A model generated the notes under the pieces. That model worked only from the letters and a program-made list of their open reading frames with translations. It was not told where the DNA came from and made no database searches. From assembly GCA_965277805.1 (NCBI GenBank), contig OZ255842.1:3136001-3200000 (forward strand): a stretch of DNA of 64,000 nt. The letters run 5' to 3'. The DNA is from Candidatus Lustribacter sp. (GTDB lineage Bacteria; Vulcanimicrobiota; Vulcanimicrobiia; Vulcanimicrobiales; Vulcanimicrobiaceae). Made by a program: the position numbers and the translations under genes. Below are positions 48,435 through 56,716 of this stretch, piece by piece (position 1 is the stretch's first letter; every line of letters begins with the position of its first letter).

Positions 48435-49043
48435 CTAATCTCCGTGCGCGTGTTCGGGAATGCGTTGCGGTTCTTGATCTTGGTGCGGCGGCGGATCTTC
48501 GCGCGGCACGAAGTCGCCTTGCGTCGGCGTCGGCTGCGCCGGCATCTTGTCGACGATCTTCTGGAAGAGCATGTTCATGAAGAGATACATCGGCTTCGTC
48601 TTCATGACGAGCGCGCGCGCCGGTTTGTGCAGATTGCGATTGAAGTGCTGATGCACGCAGTTGTTGTGCACGATCGCCGCGTCGCCGGCTTCCCACTCGT
48701 AGCGGATGCCGTCGTGAACTTCGGCGCCTTCACCATCGAGGATGTAGAACACGGCCTCGTTGACGTGGCCGTGCTTCTGCGAAGAACCGCCGGGCGAATA
48801 TTCTTCGAGATGGATGTGAAGCGTTTGGCCCAAGCCGTCCTTGGGTTCCATGTAGTGCTTGCTGAATTGCTGCGGGCCGCTGTGGAAGGGCGTTTCGCGT
48901 CCTTTGATCACGCGCGGTAGCGAACGCAACCGCTTCAGCTCGTGGCTGAGGTTGTACTCGCCCTGGATCCCGCGCACGAAAACCCGGTCGGTCTGCGCGC
49001 CGTAGTCCATCCGCTTTTGTCCGTTGCCGTTATCGCTTGCCAT
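48435..49043 (-). CDS. Cupin-domain protein with intact His metal site
   Basis: PGGSSQKHGHVNEAVFYILDGEG, WEAGD...HQHFN; AAAGGAG RBS. Confidence 0.87.
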   Translation of the reverse strand: MASDNGNGQKRMDYGAQTDRVFVRGIQGEYNLSHELKRLRSLPRVIKGRETPFHSGPQQFSKHYMEPKDGLGQTLHIHLEEYSPGGSSQKHGHVNEAVFYILDGEGAEVHDGIRYEWEAGDAAIVHNNCVHQHFNRNLHKPARALVMKTKPMYLFMNMLFQKIVDKMPAQPTPTQGDFVPREDPPPHQDQEPQRIPEHAHGD

Positions 49044-49125
49044 AACACTCCTTTAGTGGCCGGGTGCGGGCGCTCCCGCGAACCGGGCGGAGGGCTGCCG
49101 ATGCCGTTCGGCGGACTCGCCGAGG

Positions 49126-50001
49126 ATGGCAAGTGCGCTCCCGCTGGTCGAGCTGGTCGAGGTCCACACGAGCGACGACGTCGTGCACGCGGGCGCGCTC
49201 GCGAAGCCGGCCAAACGCGTGGGCGGGACGCCGCGCTTCGACGCTGTCCTCATGATGCACGGCGCCGCCGGCGCGTTCAGCGAGGGCTTCTACCGCAACT
49301 TCTCGGCCGCGCTTGTCGAGCGCGGGGTGACGACGCTGCGCGCCAACAACCGCGGCCACGACGTCATCAACCGCGGCAACGGCCGCGGCACGCTCCAGGG
49401 CGCGGCCCTCGAGCGGCTCGACGACTGCGTGCTCGACTGGCAGGCGTGGCTCGGCTTCCTTCAGTCGCGCCGCTACCACCGCATTCTGCTCTTCGGGCAT
49501 AGCCTCGGCGCGGTCAAATCGGCGTACTACCTCGCGACTCAGCCGGATCCGCGGGTCCAAGGGTGCGTGTTGGCCTCACCGCCGCGCTTCAACACCGACC
49601 TGATGCTCGCGTCCGAACGCGGGCCGGAGTTCGGGGCCACCCTCGAGCGGGCGAAGGCCCTCGTGGCCGCGGGCACCCCCGGCGAGCTGATGCCGACGAC
49701 GTTCCCCCTTCGCTCGATCAGCGGGGCCGAGGCGTACCTCGCCAAGTACGGGATGGGCGCCAAATACGACGTCCTCGAGAACGCCGCCAAGATTCCGTGC
49801 CCGGTCTTCGCCCTAGTCGGCGAGCTCGAGCTCTCCGACTCGACCTTCCGCGACTATCCCGGCGGCTATCCGAAGGTGCGCCAAAAGAAGCGGGACCTCG
49901 ACTTCGTCGTGGTCCCGAATGGGGATCATTTCTACACCGACGCCCAGACGTTCGCGGTCGAACATCTGCTGGCGTGGATCGACCGGGAAAGCCTCGACTA
50001 G
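49126..50001 (+). CDS. Alpha/beta hydrolase (Ser type)
   Basis: HGAAG oxyanion loop, GHSLG, GDHFY. Confidence 0.85.
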   Translation: MASALPLVELVEVHTSDDVVHAGALAKPAKRVGGTPRFDAVLMMHGAAGAFSEGFYRNFSAALVERGVTTLRANNRGHDVINRGNGRGTLQGAALERLDDCVLDWQAWLGFLQSRRYHRILLFGHSLGAVKSAYYLATQPDPRVQGCVLASPPRFNTDLMLASERGPEFGATLERAKALVAAGTPGELMPTTFPLRSISGAEAYLAKYGMGAKYDVLENAAKIPCPVFALVGELELSDSTFRDYPGGYPKVRQKKRDLDFVVVPNGDHFYTDAQTFAVEHLLAWIDRESLD

Positions 50002-50849
50002 GAGACCGGGTCGCCCTCTAACTCGACGGCGCGCGGGACCGGAGTGTCGAGGACGAACGACTTCGAGTTGTCTTCTTTCTTCTTGCCGATTAGACCGTGG
50101 ATGTGGTTGCGCAGCTGGAGGAAGCTCGGTTCCGAGCGCGTGCCGACTTGATCGCGCGGCTGCGAAAGCGGGATCGGGATCTCCTCGAGCACGGTCGACG
50201 GCGGGGTGCTGAGCACGAAGACGCGATCGGACAAGTAGACGGCCTCGTCGATGTCATGAGTGACGAGCAGCATTGTGATGCCGAATTCATCACGCAGCTC
50301 GAGCGTCAGATCTTCGAGATCGGCGCGCGTCAGGGCGTCGACCGAAGCGAAGGGCTCGTCGAGCAATAGGATCTCCGGCCGGAACGCGACCGCGCGCGCA
50401 ATGGCGACGCGCTGCTGCATGCCGCCCGAAAGCTGCCAGGGGAAGTGCTTGGCGAACTTCGTCAGGCCGACCGCTTCGATCGCGCGCTGTGAGGCGTTCT
50501 CTTTTTCGGCTTGCGTGATGTCCTTGCGCTTACGCAGCGGGAACATCACGTTGCCGGTGACCGTGAGCCACGGAAAGAGCGAACGCGCGTAGTCCTGAAA
50601 AACGAGCACCATCTGCGGCGGGGGCTCGGTGATCAACGTCCCGTGAAGCTTGACCGACCCTTTGGTCGGCGCGAGCAGCGCGCAAATCGTCTTGAGGAGC
50701 GTGGTCTTTCCGCAACCGGAAGGACCGACGATCGAGACGAATTCGCGCGCCCGGACGTTGAGCGTGATCTCCTGAACGGCGAGTGTGCCGTCAGCGTACC
50801 GCTTTTGCAGCTGGTTGACGTCGAGGAGAATCTCGCTCGGATTCGACAT
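49998..50849 (-). CDS. ABC transporter ATP-binding protein, SsuB/TauB family
   Basis: GPSGCGKT, LSGGMQQR, LLDEPF. Confidence 0.93.
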   Translation of the reverse strand: MSNPSEILLDVNQLQKRYADGTLAVQEITLNVRAREFVSIVGPSGCGKTTLLKTICALLAPTKGSVKLHGTLITEPPPQMVLVFQDYARSLFPWLTVTGNVMFPLRKRKDITQAEKENASQRAIEAVGLTKFAKHFPWQLSGGMQQRVAIARAVAFRPEILLLDEPFASVDALTRADLEDLTLELRDEFGITMLLVTHDIDEAVYLSDRVFVLSTPPSTVLEEIPIPLSQPRDQVGTRSEPSFLQLRNHIHGLIGKKKEDNSKSFVLDTPVPRAVELEGDPVS

Positions 50850-50882
50850 GCGTTGACCTTTCTTTATAACTACGCCGGACAG

Positions 50883-51656
50883 TTAGACCGGGCGGGCCGT
50901 CTGTCCGTAGTGCCAGGCAAGCACCTTGTGCTCTGCCCACACGAAACCGGTGTTGAGAAGATAACCGAGGATTGCCAGCAGTAGGATGCCGCCGTACATT
51001 TCCGGGATCGCGAACGTTCGCTGAGCCTGGAGGATATAATACCCGAGACCGTCCGTGCTGCCTATCATTTCAGACACCACGATCATAATAAACGCGATCG
51101 AGAGCCCGGTCCGCATGCCGGCCGCGATCATCGGGGTGGCCGACGGCAGAATCACGCGGATCAGCGTTTCGAAGGGCGTCAGGCCGAAGATCCTGGCCGT
51201 ATCCAGCCGTTCGGTCGGCACCAGGCGCGCGCCGTCGGCCGTATTGATGAGGATCGGCCACATGGCGCCGAAGCAGATCACGACCATCTTCATCTGGTCG
51301 CCGATACCGATCAGCAGGATGCCGACCGGGATGATGGCGGTCGCCGGAATGGCGCGCCAGAACTGAAGTACCGGGTCGAGCAGCTGATAGATCCGCTTGA
51401 ACGAACCGATCACGATGCCGATGGTGATGCCGATCAGCGAAGCGAACGTGTAGCCGACCACCATGCGGTAGAGACTCGGCACGGCTTGCTGACCGAAGGT
51501 CGGCGAGAACCACTCCTTGAGGAAGGTCAAGAAGATCGTCGAGACCGGCGGCACGTAGACCGTCTGCTTCCACATCGCGATGAGCTGCCACAAGAGCAGC
51601 AGCACGACGACCGTGATGATCCCGGCGGCGTTGCCGCGATTGAAAACCTTGCTCAT
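50883..51656 (-). CDS. ABC transporter permease
   Basis: TM helices, TARIFGL, SEMIGSTDGLG. Confidence 0.9.
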   Translation of the reverse strand: MSKVFNRGNAAGIITVVVLLLLWQLIAMWKQTVYVPPVSTIFLTFLKEWFSPTFGQQAVPSLYRMVVGYTFASLIGITIGIVIGSFKRIYQLLDPVLQFWRAIPATAIIPVGILLIGIGDQMKMVVICFGAMWPILINTADGARLVPTERLDTARIFGLTPFETLIRVILPSATPMIAAGMRTGLSIAFIMIVVSEMIGSTDGLGYYILQAQRTFAIPEMYGGILLLAILGYLLNTGFVWAEHKVLAWHYGQTARPV

Positions 51657-51660
51657 GACG

Positions 51661-52437
51661 TTAGGTCACCCGTTCCCGCGCGGCCGGCGTCCAGAAGACG
51701 ACCTTGTGCTCGAGCGTAAAGTACAACGTGTTCAGAAGGTAGCCGAGAATTCCGGTGAGGATGATCGCCGCGTACATGGGCGGCAGGCGGTTCGCCTGTT
51801 CCATCTGCGAGATGTAGAAGCCGATGCCGCTGTTGCCGGCAATCAGTTCGGTCGTGATCGTAACGATCAGGGCGATCGTAGCGCTAATACGAAAGCCGGT
51901 CGCGATGCTCGCAACGGCCGACGGCAGCGTTACGCGCCAGAGCGCTTCGTAGCCGGTAATGCCGAAGTTGCGCGCGACGTCGAGCGCTTGCGGGTCGATC
52001 GCGCGCACGCCGTAGATCGTGTTGATCAGCATCGGCCAGAACGCCGCGTACGTGATCACCGAGATGCGCATCGTGGCCCCGAGGCCGAAGAACAGAATCG
52101 CCAGCGGAATCATCGCGACCGACGGGACCGGACGCAAGAACTCGACGATGATCTTCAGCGCGTCGAACACGGGCTTGTACGTCCCCATCAGAATCCCGAT
52201 GGTGATGGCAAGAACCGTAGCCAGAGCCAAGCCGCGGACGTACACCGACAACGTAACGCCGATCTGACTCGAAATGTCACCATTGATGAGCCCGGTCCAT
52301 AAGGCCGCGAAAACCTGGGTCGGCGGCGGGACGTAGCTCGTGAGCCACCCCTGACGCGCGACAAACTCCACGATTACAACGCAAACCAGGAAGAAGGCGT
52401 AGCCGCCCCAGTTTACCGATGACTTTTTTTTCTGCAC
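51661..52437 (-). CDS. ABC transporter permease
   Basis: EFLRPVPSVA, VARNFGI, TELIAGNSGIG; GTG start inferred with GGAG RBS. Confidence 0.9.
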   Translation of the reverse strand: MQKKKSSVNWGGYAFFLVCVVIVEFVARQGWLTSYVPPPTQVFAALWTGLINGDISSQIGVTLSVYVRGLALATVLAITIGILMGTYKPVFDALKIIVEFLRPVPSVAMIPLAILFFGLGATMRISVITYAAFWPMLINTIYGVRAIDPQALDVARNFGITGYEALWRVTLPSAVASIATGFRISATIALIVTITTELIAGNSGIGFYISQMEQANRLPPMYAAIILTGILGYLLNTLYFTLEHKVVFWTPAARERVT

Positions 52438-52510
52438 GAGTAGGGTACTCTCCGGAACTTCGCACCAGCGAAAGCGAGGCATTAGGGATGTTATTGTTTG
52501 TCCCTTCCGA

Positions 52511-52532
52511 TTAAGCACGCGAACGCGCTTAA
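52511..52532 (-). terminator. Stem-loop at the 3' end of the beta-propeller gene
   Basis: TTAAGCGCG-TTCG-CGTGCTTAA on the minus strand. Confidence 0.5.
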
Positions 52533-53452
52533 AGCGGCGATTTCGCGGGCGGCGGCGACGTACTCCAGCGCTCCAAAACGGCACCGCTGCCGCCCGCAAC
52601 CGAGCGCACCACAAGGGCGTCGTTTGTCTTGCCGTCGAGAGCCACCAGCGCCGGTCCGGCCACCGTCGAGTTGCCCGTTAGTTGCGGTGCGGCTTCGCGG
52701 ATGAGCTGAACGAAGATTAAGAAATCGGGGCCGGTGCACGCCAGGACGTGGCTGCTGGTATCCAGGTCGCACGCCGCGACGCCTTCCGGTATGGCGATGC
52801 GAAAGCGCCGCGTTCCGGCCCGATCGTAAATGTCCAAAATGCCGTTGGCGCCGGCGACCGCGATCTGACCGAACGTTTCATCGATGCGCAAAACGCGCCG
52901 CCCGGCCAGGCCCGGTGTCGGAAACGACGAGCGGATGCTTCCACCTTGCGGATCAACGATTGAAATTTCGGGCCGATCTGCAAAGGTGACGTAAAGTTCA
53001 CGCGTGACCGGATCGGCGACGAAGTGCGCCGGCGCGCGGCCCGGCAATGCGACGGGTTTGCCGCGTGAAAATGAACCTGTATCAAAAACGGAGAGTTCGC
53101 TGCGCGCAGCACCGTCGACATACAGCCGCCCGGTGACGGCGTCGTCCACCATGTCCTCAACCGCGCCGCCGGCGTCGACTGAGCGGACGATCGTTTTCCG
53201 GTCGGGATCGATCTCGGTGATCTTGCCGTCGCCCGTGCCGGCGAAGACGTGGCCGCCAAGCGGCTCGAGCGCCAGGCTGCGCACACCGCCGAGTCGCACG
53301 GTCGCGAGCAACTTGCCGCTGTCGGCATCGAGAACCGCCACCGAGCGTGCGCCGGCCGCGAAGACGCGCCGCCGGGCAGCGTCGATCGTCAGCGCGGCAA
53401 ACGGACCGCGCTGCGCCAGCGGTTGGGGGGCGGTCACCGGAGCAAAGACCAT
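52529..53452 (-). CDS. YncE/YVTN-like beta-propeller protein
   Basis: Repeated blades such as VAVLDADSGKLLATV, ITEIDPDRKTIV, LSVFDTGS, ISIVDPQGG. Confidence 0.75.
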   Translation of the reverse strand: MVFAPVTAPQPLAQRGPFAALTIDAARRRVFAAGARSVAVLDADSGKLLATVRLGGVRSLALEPLGGHVFAGTGDGKITEIDPDRKTIVRSVDAGGAVEDMVDDAVTGRLYVDGAARSELSVFDTGSFSRGKPVALPGRAPAHFVADPVTRELYVTFADRPEISIVDPQGGSIRSSFPTPGLAGRRVLRIDETFGQIAVAGANGILDIYDRAGTRRFRIAIPEGVAACDLDTSSHVLACTGPDFLIFVQLIREAAPQLTGNSTVAGPALVALDGKTNDALVVRSVAGGSGAVLERWSTSPPPAKSPL

Positions 53453-53469
53453 CGGGCTCGGGCTTTGGA

Positions 53470-53643
53470 CTATTCCGGCAAGTCGTGAAACGTGCGCTTG
53501 TGCGCGCCGTCGTCACGTTCGAGATCCTCGAGAAAGTAATACACGATCTTCCGGTCGTCGAAGCCGACCTTCGCCAGCTCGCGCCCGCCGATCTCGACGA
53601 CCTCGTGGATATGTCCGGTCTGCCCGGCATAACGGTAATTCAC
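53470..53643 (-). CDS. Small hypothetical protein, possible SH3/KOW-like barrel
   Basis: 57 aa: YAGQTGHIHEVVEIGGRELAKVGFDDRKIVYYFLEDLE; host-like codons. Confidence 0.55.
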   Translation of the reverse strand: MNYRYAGQTGHIHEVVEIGGRELAKVGFDDRKIVYYFLEDLERDDGAHKRTFHDLPE

Positions 53644-53764
53644 AGCAGAATATTCCGGATTGTCGGGTTTCGGTCGCGGTATAACTTCGGTGCCCCGCAA
53701 GGGGGTACGGTGGCGGTGGTCGCTCAAATGGTGCCTCGCCGTCAACGTTCTCTGGAGGCCCGTC

Positions 53765-54337
53765 ATGTTCATCGAATTTCGCGGAAAGCATCCGAAGATC
53801 GCAGCGACGGCCTTCGTTGCACCGACCGCCGTCTTGATCGGCGACGTCGAAGTCGGCGAAGAATCGAGCATCTGGTTCGGCGTGGTGATCCGCGCCGACA
53901 ACGGTCCGATCCGCATCGGTGCCAGAACCAGCATCCAGGACAATTCGGTGATGCACGTGAGCCCGGGCTCGACGACGGTCGTCGGCGATGATTGCACGGT
54001 CGGTCACAACGTGACGATGGAAGACTGCGTCATCGAGAACGGGGCGCTCATCGGCATGAACGCGGTCATCCTCAACGGCGCGACGATCGGGCGCAAGGCG
54101 CTCGTCGCAGCCGGGTCCGTCGTATCGGCGAACGCCCGGATTCCGGAAGAAACGTTAAACGTCGGCACGCCGGCCGTGACCAAACGCAAACTCGAGGGCG
54201 TCAGCCTGCACATGGTCGAGAACACGCCGTCCAGCTACGTGCGCCTCTCGCGCACCTACCTCGCCCAAAGCATCGGGGACCCGGAAATGCAAGAAACCGT
54301 CGAAACGAGCGCTTCCGCGGAGCCGGCTACCTCATGA
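53765..54337 (+). CDS. Gamma-class carbonic anhydrase/hexapeptide-repeat protein (YrdA/PaaY-like)
   Basis: APTAVLIGDV, IRAD, IQDNSVMH, TVGH; GGAGG RBS. Confidence 0.9.
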   Translation: MFIEFRGKHPKIAATAFVAPTAVLIGDVEVGEESSIWFGVVIRADNGPIRIGARTSIQDNSVMHVSPGSTTVVGDDCTVGHNVTMEDCVIENGALIGMNAVILNGATIGRKALVAAGSVVSANARIPEETLNVGTPAVTKRKLEGVSLHMVENTPSSYVRLSRTYLAQSIGDPEMQETVETSASAEPATS

Positions 54338-55272
54338 ACCGCGCGTCCGCCCTCGCACTGATCGCTGCGGGGACGGTTGCGCCGCAGCTCGCCACGGCAC
54401 AAACGATCCCGACACTCGAAGTCGCCGGCGTTCCGGAAGACTCGGCCACGCCGGTACTCTACGGCGTGCAGAGCGGCATCTTCCGGCGCGCGGGGATCAA
54501 CGTCGACCTCACGCCGCAAGGCAGCGGCAGCGCCGTCACGGCCGGCGTCGTCGGCGGCAGCTATCAGGTCGGGAAGTCGAGCATCGTGCCGCTGATCATC
54601 GCGATGAGCAAAAAGATTCCGGTCAAGCTCGTCGCGCCGGGCGGCATCTATCGTTCGACTGCGCCGAACATCGCGATGATCGTCTCCAGCGACTCGCCGA
54701 TCAAGACCGCTGCCGACCTCAACGGCAAAACGATCGGGGTCTCGTCGCCCGACGATCTCTACACGCTCGGGCTCAAAGCCTGGGTGGACAAAAACGGCGG
54801 CAACGCCGCGAGCCTCAAACTGCTCTCGCTTCCGCAAGCCGAAATCGAAGCCGCACTCGCGCAAAAGCGCATCGACGCCGGATCGAGCGGCATGCCGCAA
54901 CTGCAAGCCGCGCTCGACGGTGGTAAAGTGCGCGTGTTGTGCGACATGTGCGACGCGATCGCCGGCACGTTCATGTTCTCCGCGTGGTTCTCATCCGAGC
55001 AGACCATCGCGAGCCGTCACGCGGACATCGCCGCCTTCGTCCGCGCCGAACGCCAAGCAGCCGCTTACACGAACGCCCATCCCGCCGATGCCGTCGCCGC
55101 CCTGGCCGCCTTCACGAAAATCGAGCCCGCCGTCATAACGAAAATGGTCCGCGTCCAAAACGGCACGGCGCTCGATCCGAAACTGATCCAGCCCGCCATC
55201 GACGTCTGCGCCCGCTACAACGTCATCCCCGAACGCTTCGAAGCCTCCACAATGTTCGCCACCGTCCTCTAG
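54334..55272 (+). CDS. ABC substrate-binding protein, SsuA/NMT1-like
   Basis: Signal peptide, GIFRRAGI, SPIKTAADLNGKTIG. Confidence 0.87.
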   Translation: MNRASALALIAAGTVAPQLATAQTIPTLEVAGVPEDSATPVLYGVQSGIFRRAGINVDLTPQGSGSAVTAGVVGGSYQVGKSSIVPLIIAMSKKIPVKLVAPGGIYRSTAPNIAMIVSSDSPIKTAADLNGKTIGVSSPDDLYTLGLKAWVDKNGGNAASLKLLSLPQAEIEAALAQKRIDAGSSGMPQLQAALDGGKVRVLCDMCDAIAGTFMFSAWFSSEQTIASRHADIAAFVRAERQAAAYTNAHPADAVAALAAFTKIEPAVITKMVRVQNGTALDPKLIQPAIDVCARYNVIPERFEASTMFATVL

Positions 55273-55345
55273 CAGCGCGGCGCCCATAAAGCCCGAGCGT
55301 GGCGCACGCACGGGGGAGTGCGCTGGGCTATTGCTGCGATTGCTG

Positions 55346-56716
55346 TTACGGTGCCGGGTAGTGTGAGTCGTCGCCGTAGGGTTGGAAGAGCGTGTGTTCG
55401 GGTTTGAAGCGCAGCTTCACCGTTCCGACGCGGCCGTTGCGATGCTTTGCGAAGATCAGCTCGGTGACGTCGGGTTCGGGCGACGTCTCTTTGTTGTAGT
55501 ATGCATCGCGATACAAAAACGTAACGATATCCGCTTCCTGTTCGATCGCTCCGCTGTCTCTCAAATCTGAGAGCATGGGGCGTTTGTCTTGGCGGGTCTC
55601 GACGGCGCGGTTGAGCTGGGCGAGGGCGACGATCGGGATCTCGAGGTCTTTAGCGGTCGCTTTGAGCGTGCGGCAGATCTCGGAGAGTTCTTCGTTGCGG
55701 TTGACGTTGCGGCCGAGCGCCGAGGGGCGGACGAGCTGCAAGTAGTCGATGTAACAGATGCCGAGACCGTGCGTCGACTTCAGACGGCGCAGACGGCTGC
55801 GGATTTCGCTTACCGTGACGGCGCCCGAGTCATCGAGGAACAGCTGCAATTCGTTGAGACGGCCGATCGAGTTGCCGATGCGCTCCCAATCCTTGCCCTC
55901 GATCGCACCGCGGCGCAGTTTGCTCGCATCGATGCCGGCGTCGCTCGAGATCAAGCGCTCGACGAGTTCTTGCTTCGTCATTTCGAGCGAGAAGACGGCG
56001 ACCGGCGTGTTCTCTTCGCGCGCGCCGAACAGCGCCATATTGAGCGCGAGCGACGTCTTGCCCATGGCGGGGCGCGCGGCCAGGATGATCAGGTTGCCTT
56101 TTTGGAACCCGGCCGTATAGTCGTCGATGTCGGCAAAACCGCTCGTGACGCCGGTGCGGTCACCGCGCTGCGAGTGCCGTTTCTCGAGTTCGTGGAACGT
56201 ATCGAGCAAAAGCGAGGAAACCGCTGAGAACGAACCGCGCGCGTCGCGATTGCCGACTTCGTAGACGATCTGCTCGCTCTCATCGAGCGCGGCAGGCACG
56301 TCGTCCTCGGATTCGTAGCCGAGTTGCGTGATGCGCGTGCCGGCGTGGATGAGTCCGCGCAACGAAGCTTTCTCCCGCACGATCTTGGCGTAGTACTCGG
56401 CCGATGCCGCCGTCGGCACCGTATCCATCAGCGACGACAAATACGCGAGGCCGCCGACTTTGTCGAGCATCCCGCGCGAGCGCAGTTCTTCGGCCAGCGC
56501 GACCTTGTCGAGCGGCTTGCCGCTCTCGTAGAGCGCGTAGAGCGCGAGATAGATCGTTTCGTGCAGCGAGGCGTAGAAGTCGTTCGGACGCACGATCTCG
56601 CTGACCGCCGCCATCATCTCTTTATCGACCAGCACCGAGCCGAGCAGCGCCATCTCCGCTTCGAGGTTGCTCGGCGGAATGCGGTCGACGAGCGAGACGA
56701 ACGGCGCCGTGCTCAT
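55346..56716 (-). CDS. dnaB: Replicative DNA helicase
   Basis: PPSNLEAE, ARPAMGKT, FSLEM, IDYLQL, DLRDSGAIEQEAD, KHRNG; no intein. Confidence 0.97.
   Translation of the reverse strand: MSTAPFVSLVDRIPPSNLEAEMALLGSVLVDKEMMAAVSEIVRPNDFYASLHETIYLALYALYESGKPLDKVALAEELRSRGMLDKVGGLAYLSSLMDTVPTAASAEYYAKIVREKASLRGLIHAGTRITQLGYESEDDVPAALDESEQIVYEVGNRDARGSFSAVSSLLLDTFHELEKRHSQRGDRTGVTSGFADIDDYTAGFQKGNLIILAARPAMGKTSLALNMALFGAREENTPVAVFSLEMTKQELVERLISSDAGIDASKLRRGAIEGKDWERIGNSIGRLNELQLFLDDSGAVTVSEIRSRLRRLKSTHGLGICYIDYLQLVRPSALGRNVNRNEELSEICRTLKATAKDLEIPIVALAQLNRAVETRQDKRPMLSDLRDSGAIEQEADIVTFLYRDAYYNKETSPEPDVTELIFAKHRNGRVGTVKLRFKPEHTLFQPYGDDSHYPAP

Noticed and set aside
55346-56716. Intein in DnaB
   Set aside because: 456 aa is normal length and the helicase motifs are contiguous
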